Shown: piece after piece, positions 44,380-60,385 of the stretch
How positions within the stretch are numbered: the stretch's first letter is position 1
Layout: each line of letters begins with the position of its first letter
Position numbers and translations under genes: made by a program
The notes under the pieces: generated by a model
Database searches by the model: none
What the model saw: only the letters and a program-made list of their open reading frames with translations
Told to the model about the DNA's origin: nothing
From: the human T2T-CHM13v2.0 reference genome, Homo sapiens
Length of the DNA: 64,000 bases
Assembly: GCF_009914755.1 (NCBI RefSeq)
Contig: NC_060931.1
Direction: 5' to 3' (one strand)

Positions 44380-45222
44380 GCCAAATCTTCCTATAGCAAT
44401 GCTAAATCACAGCTTTTCTCATACCTTTTTCAATAACTAGATGGTTAATATCCTCCAGTATGTTAACTGACTCAGCCAGCCAGGGCAACATTTTATTACC
44501 CAGCTAGGATTGCTGTGTTACCATCTTACTCAAGAGTAAATGACTGTACAGGGGTTTTAGTAAAGTAACTTTTATGGTACAAACAGATGACCAATGGATT
44601 GGCAACCTCAGGACCTCATCATCCTTCAACTCGCCCATGTTTGGTAGTGCAGAACTCTATAGCTTCAACAAAATACTTAAACAGTTTTAAAAAGATTTGA
44701 GCTGATACAAAGAAGGTATCTGAAAGCATTTGTGATCTCACTTTAAGTTTTCCTAAAACTCATCTCTGTACAGATGGGCAGTGATCTTTCATTTGAGAAA
44801 AAATAAAATCCAGACTCTTGTGTTGCCATTAAAAAAAAAAAAAGGCCTGTGCTAATTACAAACAGGCGAGGTAAAATATACGGATTCCCTCTCAATCAAC
44901 AATATTGGATTCTTATATTTCTTATATTCCACCAGAAGTTTCTACTACCAAAGCTTGATGACAGAAGAGAGCAAAGCGATCATTTAAAGGACATACTGCT
45001 TATTGATCCTCTAGTTTCCAGTACTGAGTTGGTTTTTAGAAAGCTGCATACCTGTACTCTGTTATCTTATCCTTATTGAGAAATCTTCAACCATTATGCA
45101 CTTGGATATTATGGACAGTTTATATAAAGGCCTCCCATCTGGTATGCTGTGGTCACAAAATATTATGTTGATCCCCTCAGCCCTTAGGGTTGGCCACCTT
45201 TTTAAATGAAAATATCTTCTTC

Positions 45223-45546
<324 letters not shown>

Positions 45547-45879
45547 TTATAAAGTTCTGATTTACTAAATAAACAGCCATATGAATAACATCTCCTTATC
45601 TTCTAAAAATCGGCTAGTAAAGACCACAGTCATTACTCAATGTTATTCAACGTTCCTTAAAATCTGAGCTGAAAAAAATCTAAGTGTTCAGCACTGACAA
45701 GGACTTTTCTCTCTATTATACTGGTATTCTGTTAGATCATGAATATGAATCAACTCTTGTGTTTCTTTGTAAAGTGATTTCTCCGCTCAGTACTAAATTT
45801 TTTGCTCAACTGCATTAGGCTAAGTTACCTATTACATTTATAGTCATTCTCTGCACTTCATCATTGAACTAGATTCTTC

Positions 45880-46205
<326 letters not shown>

Positions 46206-46667
46206 TGAACTTGATTCTTTTAATACTTCATTCAATAGTTTTATCATATCCATATCTTGGAATGTAACTTATGACCTGTTAGAAGCAGACTGGGTTAAAA
46301 ATGATAAATGAACAAATGAACATTTCAGAAAAACTTGTCTATATAATTATGAATTGCCTAGTATTACATTTCTATAAGAATCGGAAGCTAAAAATAAAAA
46401 AAAAAATTCTCCCCAAGAAAAGCATAATTTACCAGCTTAATCTTGTGAACTGTGACTAAGAAAATACACATACCCTCTAATTTATTAGTCATTACATAAA
46501 TATCTATATGGGTTTCTGATTTGAATACTTTCTAAGATGAATCATGAAATTGCCATTGTTGTAGATCAAAAATGGTTGAATATTGGCAATTTTATGAAGT
46601 TCAACCTGCACAGAAAGGATTTATTTGCCTGGAGGATATGAATGTATGAACAAAGAATTCGGTCTTA

Positions 46668-46814
<147 letters not shown>

Positions 46815-47184
46815 TCACAGAAAGTTGTAGCTTGCAGTAAACTTAATTTTATCTGGACTGTAAGGCAAGTTGTGATGGCCAACTAAATTTATTAAAAGGT
46901 AAGCACTTACATAATTTTTGCATTTATTTACTAAGAGGGCCCAAGATGAGACAATTCCTTCATGAAAATAAAAAAAAAACATTTTTTGTTATATAAAAGG
47001 AAAAAGTTTATATCATTTATCCATTGAAAAATAAGGAAAAGGAAAATTTTCAAGACTGCATGCCTATACTTTAGGCATTACAAGTCTTTTTACATTCAAT
47101 ATAAATGATGACAATTTTTATCAGTCAGTGTGGCTCAAGTAATTAAAAGGACTAACTCTGGAGCTTTTAGTAGCACATCTATAT

Positions 47185-47365
47185 CAGCATTCCAAATGCT
47201 GATACTAGTTACTAGTTTGTGACCCTGGATAAGTTACTTCACCTCTTTAAGTCTCAGGTCTCTCATCTGTAAAATGGAGATAATAATACCTACTTAATAG
47301 AATAATGCAAATTAAAAGATAATCCCACAAAGCTTTATGTGCATAGCATATAAGTGCTGTTAATT
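47185..47365. mobile_element. MIR
   Basis: tgtgaccctggataagttacttcacctct...ctcatctgtaaaatggagataataatacct. Confidence 0.8.
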
Positions 47366-50300
47366 GTCAGCAATTATTATCAGTGTTTAAAAATTTTTCT
47401 CTTTTCAATTATTAATAAATTAATATGCTACCTAACTCAAGAATTTAGCAAATCTTGGTTTCACTTCTCTTTATTTTCCTCCTTTGACTGGAAATTCTAC
47501 TTGTCATTAATTAGGTTACCTGTTCTTTTCTACCAAGTGCATATGCGAACTTTTTGCATACGTGCTACTCAGGTGATAGACTGCTTCTCCACTCTTGCTA
47601 TAAATAGCGCCCTGGTAAAGAATGGTTTAGAAAATGGTTGAGAATAGGCTGCTCCCTGATAGTACAGCACCTTTCTTCAAGAAGCACATATGATTTAAGG
47701 CTTCTGTCCTGCTGGCCACCCTTACAAAAAATTGCTTAAAATCTCCTTGCCATGGGTACACTATAGAGACCCAATCGATCACTCATTTGAGAAACATTTT
47801 GACTGCCTTAGTGCTAGGTACCAAGCTAGATATGAGGATTAGATGATTAGATGATTAGACTATCTTGCCTTCACTAAATTCTCAAATTTAATGAAGGGGA
47901 TATTTATTTATTAAAACAATATGATTATCAACAAAATCAAAAGTATTTGTGTATATGTCCACATATAAACATATATAAACACACATACATACACACATAA
48001 TGATTCTTATTAAGCAAAATGATAAGTGCTATGTCAAACTTATGACCTCAGTGTCGAGAGAGTTGGAGAAGCTTCCTTGGGATGGTCTTGAGGATGAACA
48101 GTAACCAGGTTAATTTCTCTCATAACATATTAAAGACATGGATTGCATACTGCATGTCCTAGAAGGAAACCTTATATGGCTGGGAAACTATAAAATGAAG
48201 AATCATAAATAAATATAAAGATAAAAATGTAAGGAAGAAAAAGGATTCTTGCCAACAATGCAAAACAGAACAGCTGTGAGCCAGTGTGCCCAACTCAAAA
48301 GACAGTAGGTGATAGGCTGTTCTTTGGAACCTGTTTCATTTATTCACTGGGTAGGAATTTCTGTTTTCTTTCCATATGTGTCACTTACTTTACACTGAGC
48401 ACAAAGGAAAAATGTGATTATCACTGTATCTTTGATATAATTCCATTCAAATACCTCTCTCTATATAATGGTTTTTTACATACTGAAATTATATATTTTT
48501 CACGAAGTGTTTTTGTCAATTTCTCAACTACTCTAGTGGAATCACTGTCTTCAAAGACAACCTTTGCCTTAGCACTTGAGCAGGACCAAATGTTAAAACA
48601 AATAAATGGCTAGGAAAAAGTTACGATATGAGAAAATATGACCTCGAATGGCTGGAAAATGTATGATTATGCAAAAGATTTCTATGCCGCAGGACAATTT
48701 CAAAATGTTTAATGTTTAAAATAAAATTTTTTTATCCATAAAGGACCTCTAGGATATTGTAAATCATTTTCTTCTTCCAGAATTCCATTAAACAATAAAG
48801 GCCATGTTTTAAAGGGCAAGAGTGTTGTGGTAAGAGGAGGTGACTCTGCCATTAGCAGCGGATACAAAAGTGGCATGTGCAACTGCTTCTCTCCAGCCCC
48901 CGTTTGGAGAGAATGAGCGGTCAGCTGCAGGCACGGTGAACTAATTACATAGCTGTTCCTTCCCTACCACAGACATTTGGTTAACCACAGGACTTCTTTG
49001 GATACTCCTAGGGTACTCCTGCCCTGACATTGTTCAGGAGAAGAAAAGGCAATAGGAATTAGAACAAAAATTAGAATTTTGATTGTCTTGTTTTCTTTTC
49101 TAAATTAATATTTTTAGGCACAAAGTGAAATAGATATAAATGTATGCTTAAAGGGCACCAGAAGACCTATAAATAGAAATTGCTAGAAGTACCACTAAAT
49201 AATTTAATACCAACTTCAATAGCCACTCTTTCCTTCAGCTAAGAAAATAAACTGAGGGGTGGAGGGGGAGTATGTGCTTCAGAGGACACTGTGGGCAAGA
49301 TCCCAGTGAGATTCAGAATCAGCAGAACCCCAGTGTCGTGGACAGGCTTAGTGATTTCAGAACTGCTGTGTGATCAGTGTAGGCACTGAGACCATGTGGT
49401 CACAGTGGGGAATTAATTACCTGTAGGAAACCACCTCGTGCCCATGACCTGGATTCCTAAGGGGGCTGGATGTCAGGTACTTCCCTCACCATGATCCCTC
49501 CAGATGGCACCCTGCAACTACTTTCTCTTTCCTGCACTGGTGCCAGTGAGGAGAAGTTAGGATTCTTAAAGAAATCCTGAAAATACGTCATTATCTCTCT
49601 TTGCAATTGGACTTTACGGCAAATAACTAGTATTCCCAAACCTGGTCTATAGGTCCCTTCTTGAGCTCTTTTTGTTATTTATGCTAGAATGGCAGGCACT
49701 TTTATCACAAGAACAGTTTTTAAACCCATGGAGTATTTGTGTATTTTTGATTTCAGTGACCTCAATGGCTTTAATTTTGAATATGAATTGATAGAACTTT
49801 CAGTAATAAGGCAGTTGAAAAGCCCTCTAGTCCCCAGTTGATGCCTGTCATGAATATAAATGTTAGAGTAATGCTATTTAAATGTTTTGACTGACCCTCG
49901 AAAAACACTTTCAACCAAATGTGATGCTAAAAGCTGAGGTACAACAAATAATTGCAATTGTGGCAAGAAACCAAACCAAACGAAATAAAACCTTGAAATT
50001 TTAATTTTAATTTAAAAAGTGGGTGGGGGAGACCATGACATAACAGTAGAACAATATTTGCCAAAGATAATGATCACAGATATGATTAATTATGATAGTG
50101 CCTCCGCCTGTCTTTTCTGTACCCATGATCCACAGGACTGGAGCCATCCCCAAGGTGAGTGTCAGGATGTTTTGAAACTGGGACACACTGTACAGGGGTG
50201 AACAAAGGAATCTGCTTTTCAATACCACACTGCCTGCTGCAACCAAATGTCACTGCAGGGCTTAACAGTGAGTAAATGCTGTGTGTGTAAATGCTTCTTC

Positions 50301-51476
50301 TATGTTTAAAAAACAGGAAACAAGAGGCCTTTGAGCATAAGTTAGTAATAATGACTGATGAGTTTAATTTACCTTAAGGGAAGGGACCCAGAAAAGTTTG
50401 GCTTATTAGACAACATGTCTTAAGAAAAAAGGATGCCAAATAACATTTTGAATAATGCAGTTTTTTGAAAGGTGGAAGCTCACCCCTGCCTCTGGATGCT
50501 ATGCATTTTGAGCAGGTGTTAGCGGCAGTAGCAAGGGTTAAAGGACAATACTTTCCATCTTTCAGGACCCATAAGGGAACATATTAAAATAAAAAACAAA
50601 AACAAGCCTCTCTCCTACAGCACTCTCGTTTTGGCCATCTCCTGCTCGGCTGCCACTCTAATTGGACTTGAAGTGCTGCCTCCAGGAAAGTGACTCAAGA
50701 ACCAGCTGGAGCAGAATGCAAATAAGCTGGTAGGGGAGAGAGCCCAGGGAAAGAAGATGAAACAAAAAGAAAAACAAAATTAAGGAGGAAAGGGGAAGAG
50801 GAGAACAGAGACCATCTGAGTATAGTTCACACTTTTTTTTTTTAAACAAATAAGAGGAGGTTCTAGTACATCATCAGGTTTTTAATAAGCAATCTGGAAC
50901 CCCAGTAAGGGACAAATAAGACACTATTTACAAATAACTTTCTTTAAGCCAAGTGTACCTGTAAAACAAAGTTAAATGTACAGGTGCCTAAGAATGAAGT
51001 TCATAAAATGTAAAAGGTAAAAAGAGCCATATTAATGGTAACGTTTAATCTCTGTTTTTATGCTGTGGCTACTACAAGCATATTTTCCAAATGAAGGCTC
51101 ATTTCTATGGTCTAATGGTCCCAGGAATATTATTTGGAGATGAAAATGACTAACTGCTGCATCAGTCAATTTGCAATGAAACAGGCTCTTGAAAGTTTAG
51201 GTTTGTGTTACCTGTTCCTTTTTTGAAAGTGTGTCAAGTCTGAGGGAGCACCTGACAACCACTGACTTGATACAAGCAGTCTGTCCAGGTCCTTTCCTCC
51301 ATGTAGAAATAATGAAGCAAGACACACTCCCGGATACACACAAGAATAAATATTGACATTAACATTTATCTTTATAAGTGGGGAGGATCTGGCAAATTGC
51401 TATGAAGAATTCATTTCAGTAACTATTTGGACTAGTAAAGCTAACAGCTTTGAAAGGCTTAAAAATGATTTTACCC

Positions 51477-51785
<309 letters not shown>

Positions 51786-52497
51786 CTATACAAAAATAAC
51801 AATCATCTTTGTTTCTGAATCTTTTAATGAAAGCATGTTTGGGGTTTTTCTTCATTGCCTACTGAAAGGCTTTAAAAAATCTGTCTAAAGGACAAAGAAA
51901 ACGCTTTCTATAAGAGCTGATAATGTTTTGCTATTTTAATGTCATTCTATCTCTCACACACATCAGATAGCCTGAAATGATTTCAAGGCTAGCCACAGAG
52001 AAGAACTGTACTCTACCTGATAGAGAGAGAACAAATAATCAGACTCTATGTCTACCTGGCCCACTGTGCATTTAAAGGAATGGGAACACTGCCTCGGAAT
52101 GGTGACATGGCAACAAGCGGTCTCTTTTCACTGTTTGAAATATGATTTCATTGCCTACATTATTGGTCAGCAAGGTTTGACCTATTGGGACAGTAAAATA
52201 GTGAGAAAATCCCATATGAAATAAAAATGGGAAGTGCTGCTTTCCTGTGGAATGAGCTATTTCACCTTAACCTTGAAATACCAAAGAGAGGGATAATTAT
52301 TTTGTTAAATACAAAGAAAAATATATCTGGTATAAAAGTATCTTTAAACTCTCCCTTTTTTTTTTTAACTATTTATGCTTAAGTGGGCTTACTTTTCTTT
52401 GTGCTGCAACTCTTTAAAAACACCGATGAAAACACATTCTTTCATTTAATAGATGATATTGAGGCCAAAACATTTTTTCTTTTGTAGTAATTCATCA

Positions 52498-52779
<282 letters not shown>

Positions 52780-54027
52780 CTAAATCACACTCTTTGATTT
52801 TGTACCCCTCTCCCCACCAATGCTGCTATTTCAATCCTTTGTAATGTTTTCCCTTAATGGTATAAAAGACATTAATTACTTTTTGATAAGCGTTAGCAGA
52901 AAACAATGTTTAAAAATTACATTTCAAAAAGTGGTTTAGATGCCAGGAGGATTACTGAAGGAATTTTAGAATCCATTTACCTAAAGATTATTAAGAATGA
53001 AATAGACAACCATCTGTCTTGGATGAATCATACAAGTGCTACTCTCTGGCCTCTCAAGGTCCCTCCCAGCCTCTCAATTCTCCATCCACTCACATGTTTT
53101 GCCTGCTAACTGAATGCATCAATAATGGATCCTGAAATAGCATTTTATGCTTTGCAATGACAGAAAATGCTGCTTTCCCTATACAAATTCTTGGCAAAGA
53201 TCTCTCTGCTCTTGTGCTATTTAATCAGATCAGTCCAACAGAATTCTGACTGTGGAAATGGTTATGTAACAGTACACATGGCATGCAGTTTTTTCCTCTA
53301 GATGATGAGGTTTGGAAAGGCTTTAATTTGGATCAACAAATGATACCAGCTGATGCTCCATGAAATACTATTTATAATTTATAAATGTTTATAATTGCTC
53401 TTTAAAGAATATATTAAAAGAATGTGAAATATTTATAGGAAAGAGATATACCAAAACTAGCTAACACCTGATATTTTCTAATAAATGAGATCACTGGCTA
53501 CATCATGCTGAATCTTTTTCAAAAAGCAAGTTAAGTGTTTCCATATTCTGAGAATGACGTAGAGAAATTGGTGATGGTCTATAGAAGAACAACAGATATG
53601 ACTAAAATGCTTAGAGCAAGAGAATGAGTTGAACTTAATTATCTTCAAATACAGCAGTGGTTACTATAAATAGGATGCTAACCAGAGGTCCGTCACTTTC
53701 AGAAGCAGATAGAGATAGAAGAAGTAGGCCTATGTTCCAGCAGGAAGGGATTTCATACAGGTATAAGACTGTGCCAACAACAGCAAGGCTGCTGAAGGGT
53801 GTATGGTGCAACATTTTTGTTTGCAGTATCATCACATGATGGAGTGGCGCTTGGGTACAGGGGAGCCTTAGTAAATGACGGCCATCTTCATGTGGGGTTT
53901 GGTTTTCCCAGATTCAGACAACTGCATAGCCTAGCTTTACTCTAGGTTTGTCACTCCACAAGGCCAGGCTGCAAAAACAAACAAATAAAAGAAGCCTCCC
54001 TATCCGAAAATGGTGCCAATCTATTTC

Positions 54028-55942
54028 ATTTTTTTAATGTTTATTTTTGATGAATTATAATAATATATAATAAGGGGATACACAGTAATGTTATATGTAT
54101 ACAGTGTGGAATGACTGAATCAAGGTAATCATACTCATCACCTTAAATACTTATCATTTATTCCTCCTAACTGCAACTTTGTACCCTTTGACCAACATCT
54201 CTCTATTCCCTCCACCCCATAGCTGCTAACTGCCATTCTACTCTCTGTTTCTATGTATTCGGTTGTTTTAGACAACAGATATGTGAGGTCATGTGGTATT
54301 TGTCTTTTGGTGTCTGGCTTACTTCACTTAGCATAATGTTCTGTAGGTTCATCTATTTGTTGCAATTAACAGAATTCCTGTCTTTCTGAAGGCTGGATGG
54401 TATTCCATTGTGTATGTATACCACATTTTCTTTATCCATTTATCAATCTAAATGTTGGTGGACATTTAGATTGATTCCATAACTTGGCCATTGTAAGTAA
54501 TGCTGCAATGAACATGGAAGTGCGTATATCTTTTGACATACTGATTTCAAGTTCTTAGGTTATGTATCCAGAAGTGGGACTGCTGGATCATGTGGTAGTT
54601 CTGTTTTTAGTTTTTTGAGAAACGTCCTTACAGTTTTCCATAATGGCTGCCTAATTTACATTCCAACCACAGTATACAAGGGTTCCCTTTTCTGTACATC
54701 GTCTTTCACACTCGGTATCTTTCATCTTTTTGATAAGTCAATTCTGACAGGTGTGAGGTGCAATCTCATTGTGGTTTTAATTTGCATTCCCCTGATGATT
54801 AGTGATGTTGAATGTTTTTTCACATATCTACTGGCCATTTGTATGTCTTCTTTTGAGAAATGTCTGTTCAGGTCCTTTGCCTATGTTTAAATCAGGTTGT
54901 TTTCTTGTTATTGATTTGAGTTCCTTATATATTTTGGACGTTAATCCCCGTATCAGATGTATGGCTTGTAAGTATTTTCCCCAATCCATAGGTTGTCACT
55001 CCACTTGTTTTCTTTGCTGTTCAGAAGCTTTTTAGATAAATGTAATCACATTTGTCTATTTTTGCTTTGTAGTCTGAGCTCTTGGGATCAAATCCAAAAA
55101 ATTATTGCTCAGATTTTCCTGTTTTCTTAAATTTGTTTTAGTTTCAGGTGTTACATTTAAGTTCTTAATCTATTTTCATTTGATTTTCACATATGGTATG
55201 AGATAAGGGTCCAATTTCATTCTTCTGCATCTGGATATCCATTTTTACTAATACATATTTATTATTGAAGGAACTGTCCTTATTCCATTGAGTGTTCCTG
55301 GCACCTCTGTCGAAAATCAATTGACTATAAATGTGTGAGCTCATTTCTGGGCTCTCTGTTCTGTTTCATTGGTCAATGCCAGCGCACCATGCCATTTTAA
55401 TCATCATGTAGCTCTGTAATATAGTTTAAAATTAGGTAGTGTGATACCTCTAGCTTTATTTTTGCTCAAGATTGCCTTGGCTATTCAGAGATTTTGGTAG
55501 TTCCATATGAATTTTAGGATTACTTTTTTCTATTTCTGTGAAAAATGACATTGGAATTTTGGTAGAGATTGCATTAAATCTGAAGGCTGGTTTGGGTAGT
55601 ATGGACCTTTTAACAATATTCTTTCAATTCATGAACACAGAATATGTTTCCATTTATTTGTGTTTTTGTTGATTTCTTTCATTGATGTTTTATAGTTTTC
55701 AGTGTATAGATATTTTACTTGTTTAAACAAAATGCATTTTGTTTCCATTTTCATTTGTCCCAAGATATTTTTGATTTCTCCTTTGATCCACTGGTTGTTC
55801 AGGTGCATGTTGTTTAAGTTCCACATATTTGTGAAATTTCGAAGATTTCTCCTATTATTGATGTCTAGTTTCATACCATTGTCATTAGAAAAGATACTTG
55901 ATTTCAGCTCCCTTTAATTTGTTCAGACTTGGTTTGTGGCCA
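54028..55942 (-). mobile_element. L1 (L1MA-like) 3' fragment with an internal deletion
   Basis: Antisense L1 3'UTR and ORF2 C-terminus; at ~55733 it jumps to the post-endonuclease part of ORF2. Confidence 0.9.
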
Positions 55943-56261
55943 AATAGAAGAATTAAACATACGCATAACCAAGAAGTGAATGTTAATCTTCATGCCACTA
56001 ACCTTTTGTGTGAGTGCTCTCCCTTCCACAAAGGGGCTCATCTATCACTTTAATAATGTAGAGTTCTTCTTTCACTGCCTTCCCTTCCCTACTCAAAACT
56101 GTAATCAGATATGAGTCACTTTACATGGACTGCAACAATTTTAATCAATGTTCTATGTCAATCAGATATTTACATTTTAATTTTTGTCTAATTTGGAAAG
56201 AAACACGTCAGTCTTTTAAAATAAATTTCAAATACCAAGAAACCATGTTGATGATTACTCT

Positions 56262-56568
56262 TTACTTATTTATTTATTTATTTGAGACAGGATCTCACTC
56301 TGTCACTCAGGCTGGATGGAGTGCAGTGGCTCGATCTTGGCTCACTGCAACCTCTGCCTCCAGGGTTCAAGCGATTCTCCTGACTCAGCCTCCCCAGTAG
56401 CTTGGATTATAGCTGCCTGCCACCACCCCGGGCTAATTTTTGTATTTTTAGTAGAGACAGGGTTTCACCATGTTGGCCAGGCTGGTCTCAAACTCCTGAC
56501 CTCAAGTGATCTGCCTGCCTCGGCCTCCGAAAGTGCTGGGATTACAGGCGTGAGCCACCATGCCCAGC
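56262..56568 (-). mobile_element. Alu (AluS-like)
   Basis: TSD atgattactcttta. Confidence 0.95.
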
Positions 56569-56939
56569 CCATGATTACTCTTTAAATAGCAGGGGAGTCT
56601 GTAACCCTACCACATGTAAGTTAGACTTGAAGGTAAACTTTATTCCTTTTACTTAGGAATAGGTGTGGAGGGCTTGAAGGGTCAGGTTTTCACTATTGTT
56701 TTTCTAATTGTTATCCCTGGGGGCTGGCCCTAAAATAAAGGCAATTTCTGCTTCTTGACTAATCCAACTCCACCTCATATTTCACATAAGCCATATATAT
56801 ATGAAATGACATGCCATTACAGAATTACTAATCACAAGATTCTACAAAGTAGGAAAATTACTGCCATGGGGGCAATACTTTAAATAAAAGCAGCAGTGCT
56901 CCATATGCCTGTACTGCTATATATGAATAACTTTCACTG

Positions 56940-56991
56940 GAATCTCAACTGACTGCTGTATACATGAATCTCAAATGACTGTTGTATACAC
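56940..56991. repeat. 26-bp tandem duplication
   Basis: gaatctcaa(c/a)tgactg(c/t)tgtataca x2. Confidence 0.85.
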
Positions 56992-57453
56992 TGAGCTGAA
57001 ATGGAGTCACCAAAGCAACTGGGAAAAAAAATACGGACAATGTTAGGCACCTTAAAATAATGCTTCATACTCATGGCAACCTATCAGTTGAAGAAACAGT
57101 TTGGCTCACTAGAATTTAAGCAAATTAGTAAAAACACATCTATTTGGGAACTAACTTTCAGCTGTTAATGTCTAATGTGTTATCTACAGGCACTAGTTGC
57201 AGCTCACCAATTAAATTAAAAGTATGTGACCACTGTTATTATAGAATAAGCCTTCAAAAATCAGCTTGTTTTGGCTCCCTTCTGAGAGGCATTCATGATT
57301 GATCTAACTGGGACACTTCAGATCACTTTTGAACAAAAACCATTTCCTCTCAAATATTGGTAATCAGCAGTTATATAATCCTATGTTATATTGAGTTCCA
57401 AATATAGTTTTTTTTTCGGTAGAATTCACTTTACCCTTCTGTGCTTCATATAT

Positions 57454-57805
57454 ATATATATATCTATATCCATCTATCTATCTATATATATATATATTTA
57501 TTTTTTATTTATTTATTTTTTTTTGATACAGAGTCTCACTCTATCGCCCAGGCTGGAGTGCAGTGGCGCGATCTGGGCTCACTGCAAGCTCCGCCTCCGG
57601 GGTTCACGCCTTCTCCCGCCTCAGCCTCCGGAGTAGCTGGGACTACAGGCGCCCGCCACCACGCCTGGCTAATTTTTTTATATTTTTAGTAGAGACGGGG
57701 TTTCACCGTGTTAGCCAGGATGGTCTCGATCTCCTGACCTCGTGATCCGCCCGTCTCGGCCTCCCAAAGTGCTGGGATTACAGGCGTGAGCCACCGCGCC
57801 CAGCC
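57454..57805 (-). mobile_element. CpG-rich AluY with a (TA)n/(TCTA)n tail
   Basis: Many intact CpGs; TSD tgtgcttcatatat. Confidence 0.95.
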
Positions 57806-57839
57806 TGTGCTTCATATATTTTTTAAAATAGAGACTGAT

Positions 57840-58135
57840 CTTTCCTTTTTTTGAAACAGGGTCTTACTTTGTCATCTATCCTGGAGTGCAATGGCATGAT
57901 TACGGCTCACTGCAGCCTCAATTCCTTCAGGCTGAAACCATCCCCTTGCCTTAGCTCCCCAAAGAGCTGGAACTACCGATGCACACCACGACACCCAGCT
58001 AATTTTTGTATTTTTTGTAGAGACAGGGTTTCACCATGCTGCCTAGGCTGGTCCTGAATTCCTGAGCTCAAGCAGTCTGCCCGCCTCAGCCTCTCAAAGT
58101 GCTGGAATTACAGGCATAAGCCACTGTGCCCAGCC
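57840..58135 (-). mobile_element. Alu (AluJ-like)
   Basis: Diverged antisense Alu. Confidence 0.92.
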
Positions 58136-59286
58136 TAGATTGATCTTTTGACATTTCCCACATTTCCCATGTGGGAGAGGTCAATATGGCCAATTAGAAG
58201 CAGCTAGTGTGCAGGGCTCTCATGGAGAGGAACAGACCCCTTCAACTGAAACATCCAGGTACTCAGGGACTAATCAAGGAAACAACCTGACCGACAGAGA
58301 ATGAAGAAAAGCAAAACAGGACAACGCCTCACCCGGGAGCAACACAGAGCCAGGGGAACCCCCACTGCCCAGAAAAGTGCTTTCACTGGTGGTAACTCCA
58401 AGCACTGGAAAATCCGAGTCTACTAGGGACTGGAATGGGCCCCAAGCATACTGCAGCAGCCCTATGGCAAAGTGGCCAGACTGTTACATGGGTACCTGTT
58501 CCCATATCTCTTCACCGGGCAGGCCTGGGCCTCCAGCCATCCCCAGCCAGAGCTATCAAGCCAGTAGCAACTCAGCAACTCCAAGAGCAGAGCCTCCAGT
58601 GGCAGCTGAGAGCCTCTTTGCCACTGCCCCTGCAATGGAACTGCCCTTGTCACCCCTGGATTAATGAAGGAGCAAAGACCCTAAGTACCTTATCCACACC
58701 TCCAACAAGCTGCAGTCAACCCAAGGAGAGGAAACCAGTCTGTCTCCCACAGGTCCCCCTGCCTCTTACCCCACTGCTTGTCACCAGGAGAACCCCTGGC
58801 TTGGGCCCACAGCATAGACACTCCTTGCTAGGCCCACAGCTTAGACCCTCCCCCACTGGGCTGACTGCAGTGAGTGAGTGCTAACATGCATCTGTCTGGG
58901 GTGGAGCCCCCAGGAGACAAGCAAACGACCCTTGGCCACAGCCACTACTAAGATCCCCTCCTCTGCTGCCTCCGATTTGGGGAAGGAACACTGAGATCAC
59001 CCTAGAAACCCATCTCATATGTAATGACACTCACAGGCTCAAAATAAAGGGATGGAGGAAAATATACCAAGCAAACGAAAAACAGAAAAAAGCAGAGGTT
59101 GCAGTCCTAATTTCAGACAAAACAAATTTCAAACCAGCAAACATCAAAAAAGACAAATAAGGACACTACATAACGGTAAGGGTTCAATTCAACAAGAAGA
59201 TTTAACAATCTTATATATATATGGACCCAACACAGGAACACCCAGATTCCTAAAGCAAATTCTTAGAGACCTTCAAAGAAGTCTCG

Positions 59287-59587
<301 letters not shown>

Positions 59588-60017
59588 TCTCAAAGACCTT
59601 CAAAGACTCCCACACAATAACGGTGGGAGACTTCAGCACTCCAATGACAGTATTAGATAGATCATCAAGGCAGAAAATTAACAAAGACATTCAGGACCTA
59701 AATGCAACATTGGACCAAATGCAACTGATAGACCTTTACAGAACTCTCCATCCCAAAACAACAGAATACACATTCTTCTCATCACCACGTCACATACACT
59801 AATATTGACCTCATAATTGGACATAAAACAATCCTCAACAAATGTAAAAGAACATCAATCATACCAAACACACTCTCAGACCACAATACAATAAAAACAG
59901 AAGTCAAGACTATGAAAATTGCTCAAAACCATGCAATTACATGGAAATTAAACAACTTGCTCCTGAATGACTTTTGGGTAAATACATGAAATTAAGGCAG
60001 AAGTCAAGAAGTTCTTT

Positions 60018-60385
<368 letters not shown>

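Noticed and set aside
58435-58884. 149-aa ORF
   Set aside because: Lies in a GC-rich L1 5'UTR remnant; no evidence of coding function.
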